This document shows, piece by piece, positions 63,950 through 64,000 of a stretch of DNA of 64,000 nt. The stretch's first letter is position 1; each line of letters opens with the position of its first letter. Location: the NCBI GenBank assembly GCA_904063045.1, contig CAJFCJ010000026.1, positions 350,964 through 414,963 of the forward strand, in the 5' to 3' direction. The notes under the pieces are model-generated. The model made no database searches, was not told the DNA's origin, and worked only from the letters and a program-made list of their open reading frames with translations. This DNA comes from Dimorphilus gyrociliatus (taxonomy: Eukaryota > Animalia > Annelida). Made by a program: the position numbers and the translations under genes.

Positions 63950-64000
63950 ACTAATGAGTGACGAATGTTGTAAACTTTCACCTATTTATACAATTGAGCA

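Noticed and set aside
1-64000. Window being a true chromosome end, or TRAS/SART-type telomeric retrotransposons
   Set aside because: Tracts are at most about six units and occur in both orientations; no non-LTR retrotransposon ORF was found.

Overview
AT-rich eukaryotic (animal-type) genomic DNA with short GT-AG introns (about 53-75 nt) and TTAGGG-type telomeric repeats; this fits a compact invertebrate genome, but the species cannot be determined from the sequence. Most of the window is transposon-derived: three decayed BEL/Pao LTR retrotransposon copies plus a solo LTR, at least four FLYWCH/MULE (Mutator) DNA transposon families (one apparently intact 618-aa copy with a perfect 9-bp TSD, nested three deep), a ~208-bp Mutator-type MITE family carrying internal (TTAGGG)n, Tc1 and Ty3/gypsy remnants, and two dispersed minisatellites. 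A small gene island at ~40-45 kb holds a 5-exon C2H2-finger/pseudokinase gene, and promoter-like DNA occupies ~63.3-64 kb. The most unusual signals are: (1) short telomeric tracts sitting exactly at deletion or insertion breakpoints inside unrelated transposons; (2) telomere-repeat-bearing MITEs; (3) a BEL/Pao primer-binding site that is an 11-nt complement of its own LTR, resembling Tf1-type self-priming; (4) PHD-like fingers at the N-terminus of the MULE transposases. All coordinates and alignments were made by eye.
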